Source: Phycisphaerales bacterium
GTDB taxonomy: Bacteria > Planctomycetota > Phycisphaerae > Phycisphaerales > UBA1924
Assembly: GCA_965227775.1 (NCBI GenBank)
Contig: OZ245777.1
Span: 384,001 to 448,000 of the forward strand
Length of the DNA: 64,000 nt
Direction: 5' to 3'
The notes under the pieces are model-generated. The model worked only from the letters and a program-made list of their open reading frames with translations. It did no database searches and was not told the DNA's origin. How positions within the stretch are numbered: position 1 is the first letter of the stretch; every line of letters begins with the position of its first letter. The position numbers were made by a program, and so were the translations under genes. Of the stretch, positions 8,418-18,056 are shown one piece after another.

Positions 8418-9458
8418 ATGATGACCAGCGATCCATCAGCGACAACAACCGACAACGCCCTCTTTGCGCGCGCCGCCCGCGATGCCGTCGCGCAGGCGGC
8501 CATCGTGTGCCGGGCCGTGCAGGCCAGGCTCGACGACCTGCGGGCCATCACCAAGGACGACAAGAGCCCGGTGACCATCGCCGACTTTGCAAGCCAGGCG
8601 GTCGTCGCGAAGGTGCTGCAGCAGCATCTGGGGACGTCGATCGTGCTCGTGGGCGAAGAGGGCAGCGAGTATCTGCGCCAGCCCGAGCACGCGGCACACC
8701 TGAAGGCCGCGCTCGAGGCCGCCCATGAAGCCTGGCCCGAGGCGACCGAGGAGGAGTTCCTGGGCGCTATTGACGTGGGCGACGCCGACCCAACGGACGA
8801 CCACACGTACTGGACGCTCGACCCCATCGACGGCACCAAGGGCTTCCTGCGCGGCCAGCAGTATGCGGTGGCTCTCGCGTGGCTCGACCACGGCGTGCCC
8901 ACTGTTGGCGCCATGGCCTGCCCCAACCTGCCGATCTCGCACGCCGCGCCGCTCGATCGGGTCGACGCGCACGGCTCGATCTACTTGAGCGTGGCCGGCG
9001 AGGGCACGCTCGAGGCCCCGCTGGCCGACCCCACCGCCGACGCGACGCGCGTCCTGCGCGAGGATCTGGCACCCGATGAACCCGTGAGCGCGTGTATGTC
9101 GGTCGAGAAGGCCCACAGCAGCACCGACGACACGGCGCGCGTCATGGCCCTCGTCGGCCCGGAGCGCGAACCGGCGCGGCTCGACAGCCAGTGCAAGTAC
9201 GCCGTCGTCGCGCGCGGCCAGGCCGACGCGTACCTGCGCCTGCCCACCCGGAAGGGCTACGTCGAGCGCATCTGGGACCACGCCGCCGGCGCGCTCGTCG
9301 CGACAGAGGCCGGCTGCGTCGTCAGCGATGCTTCGGGCCTGCCACTGGACTTCAAGCATGGCAAGGGCCTGGAGCGAAACCGCGGCGTCGTGTGTGCGCC
9401 CCCGAGCGTGCACGATCGCGTGATCAAGGCAATCAAGGAACTCGGGCTGCTGGGCTAG
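8418..9458 (+). CDS. 3'(2'),5'-bisphosphate nucleotidase, HAL2/Met22-like (inositol monophosphatase family); start 8418 or 8421
   Basis: KDDKSPVTIADF, WTLDPIDGTKGFLRGQQYA, RLDSQCKY, IWDHAAG. Confidence 0.9.
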   Translation: MMTSDPSATTTDNALFARAARDAVAQAAIVCRAVQARLDDLRAITKDDKSPVTIADFASQAVVAKVLQQHLGTSIVLVGEEGSEYLRQPEHAAHLKAALEAAHEAWPEATEEEFLGAIDVGDADPTDDHTYWTLDPIDGTKGFLRGQQYAVALAWLDHGVPTVGAMACPNLPISHAAPLDRVDAHGSIYLSVAGEGTLEAPLADPTADATRVLREDLAPDEPVSACMSVEKAHSSTDDTARVMALVGPEREPARLDSQCKYAVVARGQADAYLRLPTRKGYVERIWDHAAGALVATEAGCVVSDASGLPLDFKHGKGLERNRGVVCAPPSVHDRVIKAIKELGLLG

Positions 9459-9467
9459 GCGTCCAGG

Positions 9468-10727
9468 TCAGCCCTCGCGCACCACCACCAGCACGCACCG
9501 GTCATCGACCACGCGTTCCTCGCTGAAGGCCCCTACTGCAACGCGGATGGCCTCGGCGATGGCGTCGGGGTCGGGCTCGGCGTGCTTGATGGCCTCGTCG
9601 AGGCGCTCGACGCCGAACTGCTCGCCGTGCTCGTCGAAAGACTCGATGATGCCATCGGTGTAGAGCACCATGCACTCGCCCCGGCGGAGCACGCCTGCCG
9701 CGCCCACCGTGTCCAGGTGCTCCAAGATCCCAAGCGGCGGGCTGGCATCGCCCGTGATCGCTTCGACCGTGCCATCGCGGCGACGCACCCGCGGCACGTG
9801 GTGGCCGGCGTTGGCGTAGACGAACCGACCGCTCTTTGGATTGAAGGCGACGAAGATGGCCGTTACGAATCGCTCGCCATTCAGGCTCTCAAACAGCACG
9901 GCGTTGACGTCGGTTACAACGGTGTTGGCGGGCCTGCCGAAGGCGCGGTAGGCCATCAGCACGCTTCGAAGCATGCCCATCGCCACAGACGCGGGGGGCC
10001 CGTGGCCCGAGACGTCGGCAACAACCACCCCGAACTGGCCGTTGCCGAAGTCGCGGAAGTCGTAATAATCTCCGCCCACTTCCTCGCTGGGCTCGTACCA
10101 CACCGCGAAGCTCAAACCCTTCACCGCGGGCGGATGGGGCGGCACGATCGAGCGCTGCGCATCGAGGATGGACTCGAGCGACTCGCTCAGACGCTCGTTG
10201 AGCGCCTCGGCACGCTCAACGAGTTCCTCGCGCTCGCCGGCAAGGCCCATCATGTTGGCCATCTGCGTGAGCACGAGCAGCTCGTGCTCGCCCAGCTCCC
10301 ACGCTTCACCACGGAAGAACACCGACCACTCTTCCGCACGACCACCGTGGAAGATCGGCAGTACAACCGCGTGCATCGGCGTCGGACGCCCGCCAAACGC
10401 AACCGTCGGTGTGCCGTGCCCTTCGATCTTCAACATGCACGGACGCTGATGCTGGGCGAGTTGCTCAAGGATGGCCGACTGATGAAACTCGGGTTGGACC
10501 GCCATGCCCCACCGTCCATCCACCATGACGGTGTCCGGATCGAGCTCCCCGGAGGGCAGGTCGACCACGCTGAGCATCTGGAACCAGCCGGGGCGGTCCG
10601 ACGCGAGCATGAAGTTCACGAAGAGCTCGGCGCCAAAAAGCCCACGCATGCGCCGAAGCAAGCGATAGCCGTGCTCGGCCAGCGACTCGGCCTCGCTGGC
10701 CTCACGGAGGAGCTCGACATAGTCCAT
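9468..10727 (-). CDS. PP2C/SpoIIE-family (RsbU-like) Ser/Thr phosphatase with GAF-like N-terminus
   Basis: VGGDYYDF, VADVSGHG, YANAGH, LYTDGIIE, DDRC; start taken at MDYVELL. Confidence 0.9.
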   Translation of the reverse strand: MDYVELLREASEAESLAEHGYRLLRRMRGLFGAELFVNFMLASDRPGWFQMLSVVDLPSGELDPDTVMVDGRWGMAVQPEFHQSAILEQLAQHQRPCMLKIEGHGTPTVAFGGRPTPMHAVVLPIFHGGRAEEWSVFFRGEAWELGEHELLVLTQMANMMGLAGEREELVERAEALNERLSESLESILDAQRSIVPPHPPAVKGLSFAVWYEPSEEVGGDYYDFRDFGNGQFGVVVADVSGHGPPASVAMGMLRSVLMAYRAFGRPANTVVTDVNAVLFESLNGERFVTAIFVAFNPKSGRFVYANAGHHVPRVRRRDGTVEAITGDASPPLGILEHLDTVGAAGVLRRGECMVLYTDGIIESFDEHGEQFGVERLDEAIKHAEPDPDAIAEAIRVAVGAFSEERVVDDRCVLVVVREG

Positions 10728-10833
10728 CGAGCCGATCGAGTTTTCTGATGCACTCGGCGGCACGCGGGAGGGTATCCGACGCCCGGCGATGCGGGCACGG
10801 ATCGGGTCTTCCTCCGCCGTCTTTCGCCGAGAA

Positions 10834-11724
10834 TCAGCCCAAGAGGTCGAGCACCCGCTCCTGGTTCTGCAAGCCCGCGCTGATGGCTCCCAGTGTCGCC
10901 TCGGTGCGGATGTTCGCCCGTATGAGGCGGGCCGACTCCTCCGCGAAGTCGGCATCGCGCACGAGCGATCGGGCCGACGAGAGCGACTCGATCTGCACGC
11001 CAATCGAGGCCAGACGCGGCGCGATGACGTTCTTGCTCAGGGCCCCGAGCGCACCGAGCTGGGTGTTCACCTGCTCGCGGGCAGCTCCCAGGATGCGCTG
11101 GGCGAGCCCCGGATTCTCAAGCAGCGAACCCGCCCCGCCGGCCGCGAGATCGGACAGGTTCACCTTCACCGCGTCGGGATCGACGATGACCTCGCCCGTG
11201 TCGCTGACCTCGGGCTCGATGTCGTAGACCTCACCCAGCTTCGAAGGGTTGAGGGCCGCGATGGTCTCGAACGACCCATCACCCAATGGAATCTTGAAGG
11301 TGCCGTTGAGCAGCTTCTGATCGTTGAATTCGGCCCCGGACGCAAGGCGATCAACCGTCTGCAGGATCGAGTCCATCTCGAGTTGGAGCGCCTCACGCTC
11401 GCTCTCGGAGAGCCCCGCGGTGTTGGCAGCCGTCACGGCGAGCCCCTCGGCCTGGATCAAGAGGCCCGAGATCTCGGCGATCGTGCCCTCGGCCGCATTG
11501 ACTACTGACTGGCTGCGGTCCAATGCCCGAGACTCGGCCTCGAGCGACTTGAGCGCCGCCGAAATCGCCTCGCTCGACATCAGGCCCGCCGGATCGTCGG
11601 ACGCGCGGTTGATCCGCAGCCCCGTCGAGAGGCGTTCGAGCGCGCTGTTGCGCTCAGCCTGGTTCAATCCCAGGATCCGCAGGCCGGTATTCACCGGCGA
11701 CGAGCCAATTCCGATCGGCTGCAT
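10834..11724 (-). CDS. Short flagellin
   Basis: ALERLSTGLRINRASDDPAG at the N-terminus, LSSARSLVRDADFAEE...VLDLLG at the C-terminus; start MQPIG preceded by GGGAGG. Confidence 0.9.
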   Translation of the reverse strand: MQPIGIGSSPVNTGLRILGLNQAERNSALERLSTGLRINRASDDPAGLMSSEAISAALKSLEAESRALDRSQSVVNAAEGTIAEISGLLIQAEGLAVTAANTAGLSESEREALQLEMDSILQTVDRLASGAEFNDQKLLNGTFKIPLGDGSFETIAALNPSKLGEVYDIEPEVSDTGEVIVDPDAVKVNLSDLAAGGAGSLLENPGLAQRILGAAREQVNTQLGALGALSKNVIAPRLASIGVQIESLSSARSLVRDADFAEESARLIRANIRTEATLGAISAGLQNQERVLDLLG

Positions 11725-11893
11725 GTCGCACCCTCCCTTGGCGCTCGACTCCGCGGACCGCCGCCCCCACGACGCAAGCCCACGCTCAATGTGTCGCTTC
11801 CGCAGGGCAAATGGCCCATGCGAAAGCGACCGGGCGCGATCCGATCGCGCCGGAACAGTCGTCCCGATCGTCCTGATCGGAACTCCAACGGAG

Positions 11894-11921
11894 CTATCGG
11901 GCGGTGTGAAGCGTGACTTCA
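11894..11921 (-). promoter_or_regulatory. Sigma-28-like promoter of the flagellin gene
   Basis: Minus strand TGAAG-N15-CCCGATAG, about 170 nt upstream of the flagellin start; resembles the FliA consensus TAAA-N15-GCCGATAA. Confidence 0.65.
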
Positions 11922-12851
11922 GGCCGATTCGGCAGCCGGGCCGAAGAGCCCCTCGACGAACGCCTCGGGGTCGAACGGTTGGAGGTCCTCGGCGGTCTCG
12001 CCCACGCCGATTAACTTCACGGGCACACCGCAGGTTTCGCGAACGGCGATGACCACGCCGCCCTTGGCCGTGCCGTCGAGCTTGGTGATGACAAGCCCCG
12101 ATAACGGCACAGCCTTCGCAAAGTGCTCGGCCTGGGCCACCGCATTCTGCCCGCTCGTCGCGTCGAGGACCAACAGCGACTCGTGCGGCGCGCCATCGAT
12201 GCGCTTGCCGGCAACCTTGGCGATCTTCTCGAGCTGGCGCATGAGTGCTTCTTGCGTTTGCAAGCGACCGGCGGTGTCGAGGATCACCACGTCGACGCCC
12301 CGTGATGCGCCGGCCGCGCAAGCATCGAACGCAACGGCTGCCGGATCTCCGCCTTGCTGGCCTCGCACGACGTCGACGCCAATGCGCTCGGCCCATACCT
12401 CGAGCTGGCGCACGGCTCCCGCGCGGAACGTGTCGCACGCGCCCAGCAGCACGGTCTTGCCGTCCTCACGAAGGGCGTGGCAGAGCTTGGCGATTGTAGT
12501 CGTCTTGCCCACTCCATTGACGCCCGTGATGAGCAGCACCGTCGGGCCATCCTCGGCGTACCTGAGGCCCAGATCCTCGGGCGGCCACATGGCCGAGACC
12601 GATCGCTTGAGGTAGCCGATCGCGTCCTCGCCCTTCTCGAGCTTGCCGGCCTTAACGTCCGCTCGCAGGCCTTCGATCAACCGCCGCGTCGCCTGCACGC
12701 CCACATCGGCGCGCAGCAGCACGGCTTCGATCTCCTTGATGAGCGTCTCGTCGAGCTTGCGACCCGCGACGAGGTCGCGCAGCGGGTCGATGAGCACCGA
12801 CCGGGTGCGCTTGAGCGAGTCCTTGATCTTGCGCCCGAGCGACTTCAGCAC
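11919..12851 (-). CDS. ftsY: Signal recognition particle receptor FtsY
   Basis: GVNGVGKTTTIAKL, DTFRAGA, DTAGRL, TKLDGTAKGG. Confidence 0.97.
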   Translation of the reverse strand: MLKSLGRKIKDSLKRTRSVLIDPLRDLVAGRKLDETLIKEIEAVLLRADVGVQATRRLIEGLRADVKAGKLEKGEDAIGYLKRSVSAMWPPEDLGLRYAEDGPTVLLITGVNGVGKTTTIAKLCHALREDGKTVLLGACDTFRAGAVRQLEVWAERIGVDVVRGQQGGDPAAVAFDACAAGASRGVDVVILDTAGRLQTQEALMRQLEKIAKVAGKRIDGAPHESLLVLDATSGQNAVAQAEHFAKAVPLSGLVITKLDGTAKGGVVIAVRETCGVPVKLIGVGETAEDLQPFDPEAFVEGLFGPAAESA

Positions 12852-13306
12852 GCGTTGGGCTCCACCGTGTCGGTCGGCTGGCCTGCCAGGCGTCGCATCG
12901 CCGCGTCGAGCAGCGCGTTCACGAAGCTCGGGCTCTTCTCCGTGCTGAACTGACGCGCCATGTCGACCGCCTCGTCGATGGCGACCTTGGGCGGGGTCTT
13001 CTGCGAGGCCATCTCGTGGTATGCCAGGCGGAGGATCGCGCGATCGACGGCCGGCTGCCGCGACGCGGGCCAGCCCGGGCTGAGCTCCTCAAACAGCTCG
13101 TCGGCCTCACGCCGCGCAGCAAAGGCGCTCAGCGCCAGCTTCTCGGCCTGCCGCAGCTCGCGTGGCTCGAGGTCTTCGCTCTCTTCACCTACCGAGTCCC
13201 GCAGCGAAGCGAGGACGGGTTCGTCGGGCTCGTCCGGCGCTCCGACAGCATCGAGCCCGTACAACAACTGGAAGGCCGCGATGCGTACGCGCTGGGTCGA
13301 GGTCAT
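12845..13306 (-). CDS. nusB: Transcription antitermination factor NusB
   Basis: VDRAILRLAYHE, PPKVAIDEAVDMARQFSTEKSPSFVNALLD; ribH-nusB gene order. Confidence 0.93.
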   Translation of the reverse strand: MTSTQRVRIAAFQLLYGLDAVGAPDEPDEPVLASLRDSVGEESEDLEPRELRQAEKLALSAFAARREADELFEELSPGWPASRQPAVDRAILRLAYHEMASQKTPPKVAIDEAVDMARQFSTEKSPSFVNALLDAAMRRLAGQPTDTVEPNAC

Positions 13307-13860
13307 GCCGACCCCTTGCCGTTCATGCCCGCGGCGGCCGCCTTGTCGGTGCCGCCCGCCAGGGGAGGCATCGCCTCGGGCGAGAGCATCTCCGGCTGGT
13401 TGCGCACCGCGGCGGTCCGCATGCGGCGGAGCTCGTCGATCGACTCGAGCGCCGCAGCCATCGCCTCGGCCCCCTTGTTGCCCTTGGCCCCGTCGGCCCG
13501 ATCGCGAGCCTGCTCGTCGGTGTTGGCGGTGATCACGCCGAAGCACACCGGCACGCCCGACTCGGCGGCCAGATGGGCCAGCCCCTGGGCGACCGCGTCG
13601 TTGATGTGCTGGTCGTGGGTGGTCTGCCCCTTGATGACGCAGCCCAGCGCGACCACGGCCTCGAAGGCCCCGGTCCGCAGCGCGGCCGAACTGAGAGCGA
13701 CCAGCTCGAACGCCCCGGGGGCCCGCAGCACGGCCGGTCGCGCGCCCGGCCACCGCTTGGCGAGCGTCTCGACCGCCCCGCGCAGCATGGGTCCTGTGAT
13801 GGAGTGGTTATACCGACTGACCACGATGGCCACCGGGGGAGGTTGCTCGGAACTGTGCAT
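13303..13860 (-). CDS. ribH: 6,7-dimethyl-8-ribityllumazine synthase
   Basis: IVVSRYN, PGAFEL, ALGCVIKGQTTH, FGVIT, QARDRA, NKGAEA. Confidence 0.95.
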   Translation of the reverse strand: MHSSEQPPPVAIVVSRYNHSITGPMLRGAVETLAKRWPGARPAVLRAPGAFELVALSSAALRTGAFEAVVALGCVIKGQTTHDQHINDAVAQGLAHLAAESGVPVCFGVITANTDEQARDRADGAKGNKGAEAMAAALESIDELRRMRTAAVRNQPEMLSPEAMPPLAGGTDKAAAAGMNGKGSA

Positions 13861-13931
13861 CGGGTCATCGTAGGGGCACGAACGCGGCAGGCCGCCCCGG
13901 AAGCGGGGTCCCCGGGGCAGTACCATGGCCC

Positions 13932-14924
13932 TTGCGGCAGCGCCTGGTCAAACTCACCGACGTGCTCCAGCTCACCCGCTTCGCCACCGCGTTCGCGGCC
14001 GTGGGCAACGTCTGGCTGGTCATCCTCTGGACGCGGGCCACGCCCGACGAGCTGACCACGCTGCCGGTGACCGCCCCGATGCGCACGGCACCCCTGGCGT
14101 TGCTGCTGCTGGGCGGGGCCGTCGCGGCGATCGGGCTCTATGCCTTCACGCTGGGGCTGAACGACATCGTCGACCGCCGGCGCGACCGGGCGCTGGGGGC
14201 CGACCGCCCGATCCCCACCGGCCGGATCGGGCTCGACCTTGCCACCATCATCGTGGCCGGATCGGTGTTCGCGGCGGTACTGGGCGCGTCGTTCTTTGGC
14301 ACCGGGGCGGTCCGCCTGACGGTTCTGGTCGCCGCGGCCGCGCTGGCGTTCAACGTCGTGGGCAAGTTCGTGCCCGGTGCCGGGCCGCTGCTGCTAGGGC
14401 TGATCTTTGCTGGGCACATGGTGATACCCAATATCCAGCTGCACTTTGTCTGGCCCGTGCTCGTGGTGATGACCCACGCGCTGGCTGTTGAGTGGGCGGC
14501 CTGGGTCATCGGCCGGCGGAGCCCGGCGATCAGCCGCCGCGCCGTTGCTGCCATCACGCTAGGCTGGCTGTTCTGGGCGTCGGTCATCCTGCTCATCGGC
14601 TCGTTCAACACCAGCGGGCTGGAGACCTGGCCCAAGTGGCCCAGCCGCATCAGCGCGCTGCTCATCACGGCGCTCGCGATCACGTTCATCATCTACATGA
14701 CCCATAAGGTGCGCAAGACCGGGCCCGGCCCGCGCGCCGCTGAGAAGCTCCGCCGATATGGCGCCATCTGGCTCGTGCTCTACGGCGTCGCCTGGGTGAT
14801 CACCGAGGGCTACTGGCTCGCGACGTTCATCCTGGCCGGGCTCGGCATCGTCGGGCTCATCGTGATGACGGTGGCGCGCGAGGCGTACCACCTGGCGCAC
14901 CAGCCGATGGGCTACCGCCGGTAG
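13932..14924 (+). CDS. UbiA-family prenyltransferase
   Basis: LNDIVDRRRD...RPIPTGRI aspartate motif and multiple TM helices; TTG start 5 nt after TACCAT. Confidence 0.85.
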   Translation: MRQRLVKLTDVLQLTRFATAFAAVGNVWLVILWTRATPDELTTLPVTAPMRTAPLALLLLGGAVAAIGLYAFTLGLNDIVDRRRDRALGADRPIPTGRIGLDLATIIVAGSVFAAVLGASFFGTGAVRLTVLVAAAALAFNVVGKFVPGAGPLLLGLIFAGHMVIPNIQLHFVWPVLVVMTHALAVEWAAWVIGRRSPAISRRAVAAITLGWLFWASVILLIGSFNTSGLETWPKWPSRISALLITALAITFIIYMTHKVRKTGPGPRAAEKLRRYGAIWLVLYGVAWVITEGYWLATFILAGLGIVGLIVMTVAREAYHLAHQPMGYRR

Positions 14925-14935
14925 GCTCGGCCGGG

Positions 14936-15805
14936 CTACCTCTTCGTTCGCCCGCACTCGGGACACGTCGCGCCCGCAACGCGGCGCAGGTCGTAGCCAC
15001 AGCGCACGCACCGGCCGGCCATGTGGCGGTGCAACGAGCGAAGCAGTTCGATGCCCGTGATCAGGGCGAACCAAGAAACGGCATAGAAGAGCGTGTTTGC
15101 GATCGCTGCTGGCGCGATGACGCCGAAGGGCAAGGAGAGTGCCACTGGCTGGCCGCCGATAGGAGGTGCGCGCTTGAACGCGTCGATCGTAACTAGGCGA
15201 CTCTCGAACTCGGTCTGCTGGTATGACGAGCCATCGGATGTGGCTTCGAATCCAGTGATGCCCACGAGCATCGGCAAAGGCCAGCCGGCACGCATGATGC
15301 CTACGAAGAAGTTGTCCGCTTGCATCGTGGCCATGCGCCGTTCGAGGATCGACGGAGGAAACGAAGCCACCTGTTCGTCGATGCGCTCTATGGGTGGCAA
15401 CAACGCCGTCATGTCATCAATTGGATCGGTCAGACTGCCCGACGACTTGTTGATGACTGCCTCGACCTGGGTTGCGAACTCCCGAAGTTCACGCTCTCGA
15501 ACTTCGGCGTACGCCGCCCCGCCCATTTCCAGCACTCGCTGCGCTTCACGCTGATGGTACTCAGAACCGAGGTACGTTCGGTTCAGCCGATTCCCACTCC
15601 ACGACTCGCCCTCAAGGCCAGGGCGCCCATGGGCCTGATGCTCGAGGAGCCACGGCTGGACGACACCAACACCCCGTGCGACCCACGCAGGTGAGGCTTG
15701 CATCCAGCCGGCCCACATTGCGAACGTCAGGCCCCACGCAACCAGCCATGCGGTAGCAAATCCCAGCACGACGCTCCACAGAGATCGGCGGATCCAACGA
15801 GCCAT
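14936..15805 (-). CDS. Membrane protein with C-terminal zinc ribbon
   Basis: N- and C-terminal hydrophobic helices, AGWPL motif, RCVRCGYDL...CPECG. Confidence 0.8.
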   Translation of the reverse strand: MARWIRRSLWSVVLGFATAWLVAWGLTFAMWAGWMQASPAWVARGVGVVQPWLLEHQAHGRPGLEGESWSGNRLNRTYLGSEYHQREAQRVLEMGGAAYAEVRERELREFATQVEAVINKSSGSLTDPIDDMTALLPPIERIDEQVASFPPSILERRMATMQADNFFVGIMRAGWPLPMLVGITGFEATSDGSSYQQTEFESRLVTIDAFKRAPPIGGQPVALSLPFGVIAPAAIANTLFYAVSWFALITGIELLRSLHRHMAGRCVRCGYDLRRVAGATCPECGRTKR

Positions 15806-15841
15806 AGAAGAACGTACCGAGCCGGCTGTTCGAAAGTTGCT

Positions 15842-16645
15842 CTAGAAAAGCCCCAAGGCGTAGAACATCGCGGTAAACACGAGGTCGGCGATGACGACCG
15901 CCACGACACTCTCGACCACCGTGCGCGTGGTGGCGGCGCCAACGCCCGCCGCACCGCCGGTCACGCGCAGGCCGTTGAGGCAGGCGATGACGCCGATGAG
16001 CAGGCCGAACACGAGGCTCTTCGCCACGCCCGTGAGAAAGTCGACGACCTTCACCTGGGAGAGCAGGTTCTCCCAGTAGATCACGAATGGAAGGTCGATC
16101 ACCAGGATCGACACGCCAATCGATGCGCCGATGGAGACCAGGCTCGCGAACACGCCCAACGCACCCATGCACGTGCACGTCGCGAACACGCGCGGCACCA
16201 CGAGGAAGCGCACCGGGTTGAGCGCGTGCGCTTCGAGTGCTTCGATTTCTTCGCCCACCACCATCGTGCCGATCTCGGCGGTGATGGCGGCGCCCGCGTA
16301 CCCGGTAAGCACGATGGCGCTGATGAGCGGACCAAGCTCGCGCAGCACGGCCACGCCGATGATATTGGCGAGCTTGTCCTTCTGACCAAGCTCGTCCAGC
16401 GGCGGCGCCATCTGCAGGCTCAAGATGAGCCCCACCGCCGCCGAGACGAGGCAGATGATCGCAATGGATCGCACGCCCACGCGGATGATCTGGGTGTTCA
16501 GGGCGGAAGAGCCCAGGCGGATGCGCGGGTCGCACACCGACCGCACGAGCCACACCACGGCCTGGGCCAGCAGGACGAGCATGTCGCCCATGTGATCGAC
16601 GGTATCGACCACGATGCCGCCCACGAACCCGAGCAGGCGCGTCAT
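15842..16645 (-). CDS. mlaE: MlaE-family ABC permease
   Basis: LRELGPLISAIVLTGYAGAAITAEIGTMVVGEEIEAL, PVRFLVVPR, VGAATTRTVV. Confidence 0.92.
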   Translation of the reverse strand: MTRLLGFVGGIVVDTVDHMGDMLVLLAQAVVWLVRSVCDPRIRLGSSALNTQIIRVGVRSIAIICLVSAAVGLILSLQMAPPLDELGQKDKLANIIGVAVLRELGPLISAIVLTGYAGAAITAEIGTMVVGEEIEALEAHALNPVRFLVVPRVFATCTCMGALGVFASLVSIGASIGVSILVIDLPFVIYWENLLSQVKVVDFLTGVAKSLVFGLLIGVIACLNGLRVTGGAAGVGAATTRTVVESVVAVVIADLVFTAMFYALGLF

Positions 16646-16647
16646 GC

Positions 16648-17025
16648 CTACACCGCCGACGTCGTCTTGATTGCTTCGTCGAGCGTGCCGGCGATCGGGA
16701 AGACCGTGTCGAGGCGCGCGATCTCGAAGATCGAACGCACGCGGTCTTGCAGGCCGCAAAGCACCAGCCCAGCGCCCTTCTTGCGGCTGAGCTGCAAGCC
16801 GCGCACGAGGGTCGCGACACCCGAGCTATCCATGTACGTCACGCCCGAGAGGTCGACGACCACGCCGCCGCCCTTGGGCGCGCGGCCTACGGCATCTTGC
16901 AGCGCCGTCTGCAGGTCGGGGGAGCGCATGATGTCGATCTCACCCCCAAGGCTGACCACCACGGCCTTCTCGCCCTCGGAGCGGATGTTGATTTCCTTCT
17001 GGTCGTGATCGTTGCTCACGCTCAC
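16648..17025 (-). CDS. STAS-domain anti-sigma antagonist (RsbV/SpoIIAA-like); start GTG 17025 or 17019
   Basis: LGGEIDI, VVDLSGVTYMDSSGVATL, IFEIARLD. Confidence 0.9.
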   Translation of the reverse strand: MSVSNDHDQKEINIRSEGEKAVVVSLGGEIDIMRSPDLQTALQDAVGRAPKGGGVVVDLSGVTYMDSSGVATLVRGLQLSRKKGAGLVLCGLQDRVRSIFEIARLDTVFPIAGTLDEAIKTTSAV

Positions 17026-17600
17026 CCTTTCGCCGATCGAGTCGATCCGCCCTGGTCTCCAGCCGGCCGGGAAGGCCCGTCGCACCCGCACGTTCCGTCG
17101 TCGCAGCCGGCCGCGAGCGCCTTGGTCCGCTGGGCGCTGGGGCCGTCGGTGCGCTTCACGAGCGTCAGGCTCATGCCCGACTCTTGCCGCGGCGCGTACT
17201 CGGCCCGATCGACCACCTGGCGGATGATGTGCACGCCTAGCCCACCGGGGCGAACGTCATCGAGGTCCCGACCCTGGATCTTGCTCGGGTCGACCTGCTG
17301 GGCCTCGTCTTCGATCACGATGCAGATACCCGGGCCGTGCTCGCCGTCGTCGTTGAGCGGCCAGATCTTGACCCAGATCGGCCGGCCGAGGTCTTGCTTG
17401 TACCCGTGGCGGATGACGTTGCAGAGCGCCTCATCGACGGCGAGCGCCAGATGGGAGCTCGAGTCGTGGCTAAAGCCCATCCGCTTGGCCACGCCGGCCA
17501 CCAACTCGCGAGCGCCGGCCAGGTATCGCACGTCGCTGACCACGCGGAGCAAGATGTCCGGGGGCGACTGGGTGACCTCTTGGGGTAGGGTGTCGGTCAT
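17022..17600 (-). CDS. RsbW-like anti-sigma factor / Ser kinase (HATPase_c)
   Basis: LAVDEALCNVIRHGY, RPGGLGVHIIRQVVD. Confidence 0.9.
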   Translation of the reverse strand: MTDTLPQEVTQSPPDILLRVVSDVRYLAGARELVAGVAKRMGFSHDSSSHLALAVDEALCNVIRHGYKQDLGRPIWVKIWPLNDDGEHGPGICIVIEDEAQQVDPSKIQGRDLDDVRPGGLGVHIIRQVVDRAEYAPRQESGMSLTLVKRTDGPSAQRTKALAAGCDDGTCGCDGPSRPAGDQGGSTRSAKG

Positions 17601-17627
17601 AGAAATGGGGTGTACTCCGCGGCCCGA

Positions 17628-17978
17628 TCAGGGCGTCTCGGATCCTGCCAGGCTCGTTCCTTCTTGCTGATCGAGCCACCGCTTCCATCGGTCGATCGCG
17701 GCGCGGCGCTCGGCTTCTGGAGCCCAGGCATCGTAGCCGAAGCGGTCCTGGGCCGTCCGTTCCAGCGCGGCGATGGACATCGACCGCAGGGCCGGGTCGT
17801 CCGAACCGAGCGCGCGGACCATCTGGGTCAGATCGTCGTGCGAGGGCTGGCGAGCGGTGGCGACGACCGCCCGGATGCGCGAGCCGGCGTCGGGGGCCTC
17901 GAAATCGGCCGGTAGTGAGGCATTGCAACCCGCCATCGCGAGACCGCCGACCAAGATGGTTCTCAGAACCGTCCGCAT
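17628..17978 (-). CDS. Small lipoprotein with HEAT-like repeat
   Basis: MRTVLRTILVGGLAMAGC lipobox; LGSDDPALRSMSIAALE...FGYD; TACGGT 5 nt upstream of the start. Confidence 0.75.
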   Translation of the reverse strand: MRTVLRTILVGGLAMAGCNASLPADFEAPDAGSRIRAVVATARQPSHDDLTQMVRALGSDDPALRSMSIAALERTAQDRFGYDAWAPEAERRAAIDRWKRWLDQQEGTSLAGSETP

Positions 17979-18056
17979 GGCCAACCGTAGCCAATGCGGG
18001 CGGGGGACCTGCCGGCATATGCTTCGCGCTTCCCCATCGCGTGGAGGCAGTCCCTG

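Noticed and set aside
8418..9458. Recent eukaryote-to-bacterium transfer of a HAL2-like nucleotidase
   Set aside because: Codon usage matches the host and HAL2-like enzymes are known in bacteria; the claim cannot be supported without a phylogeny.
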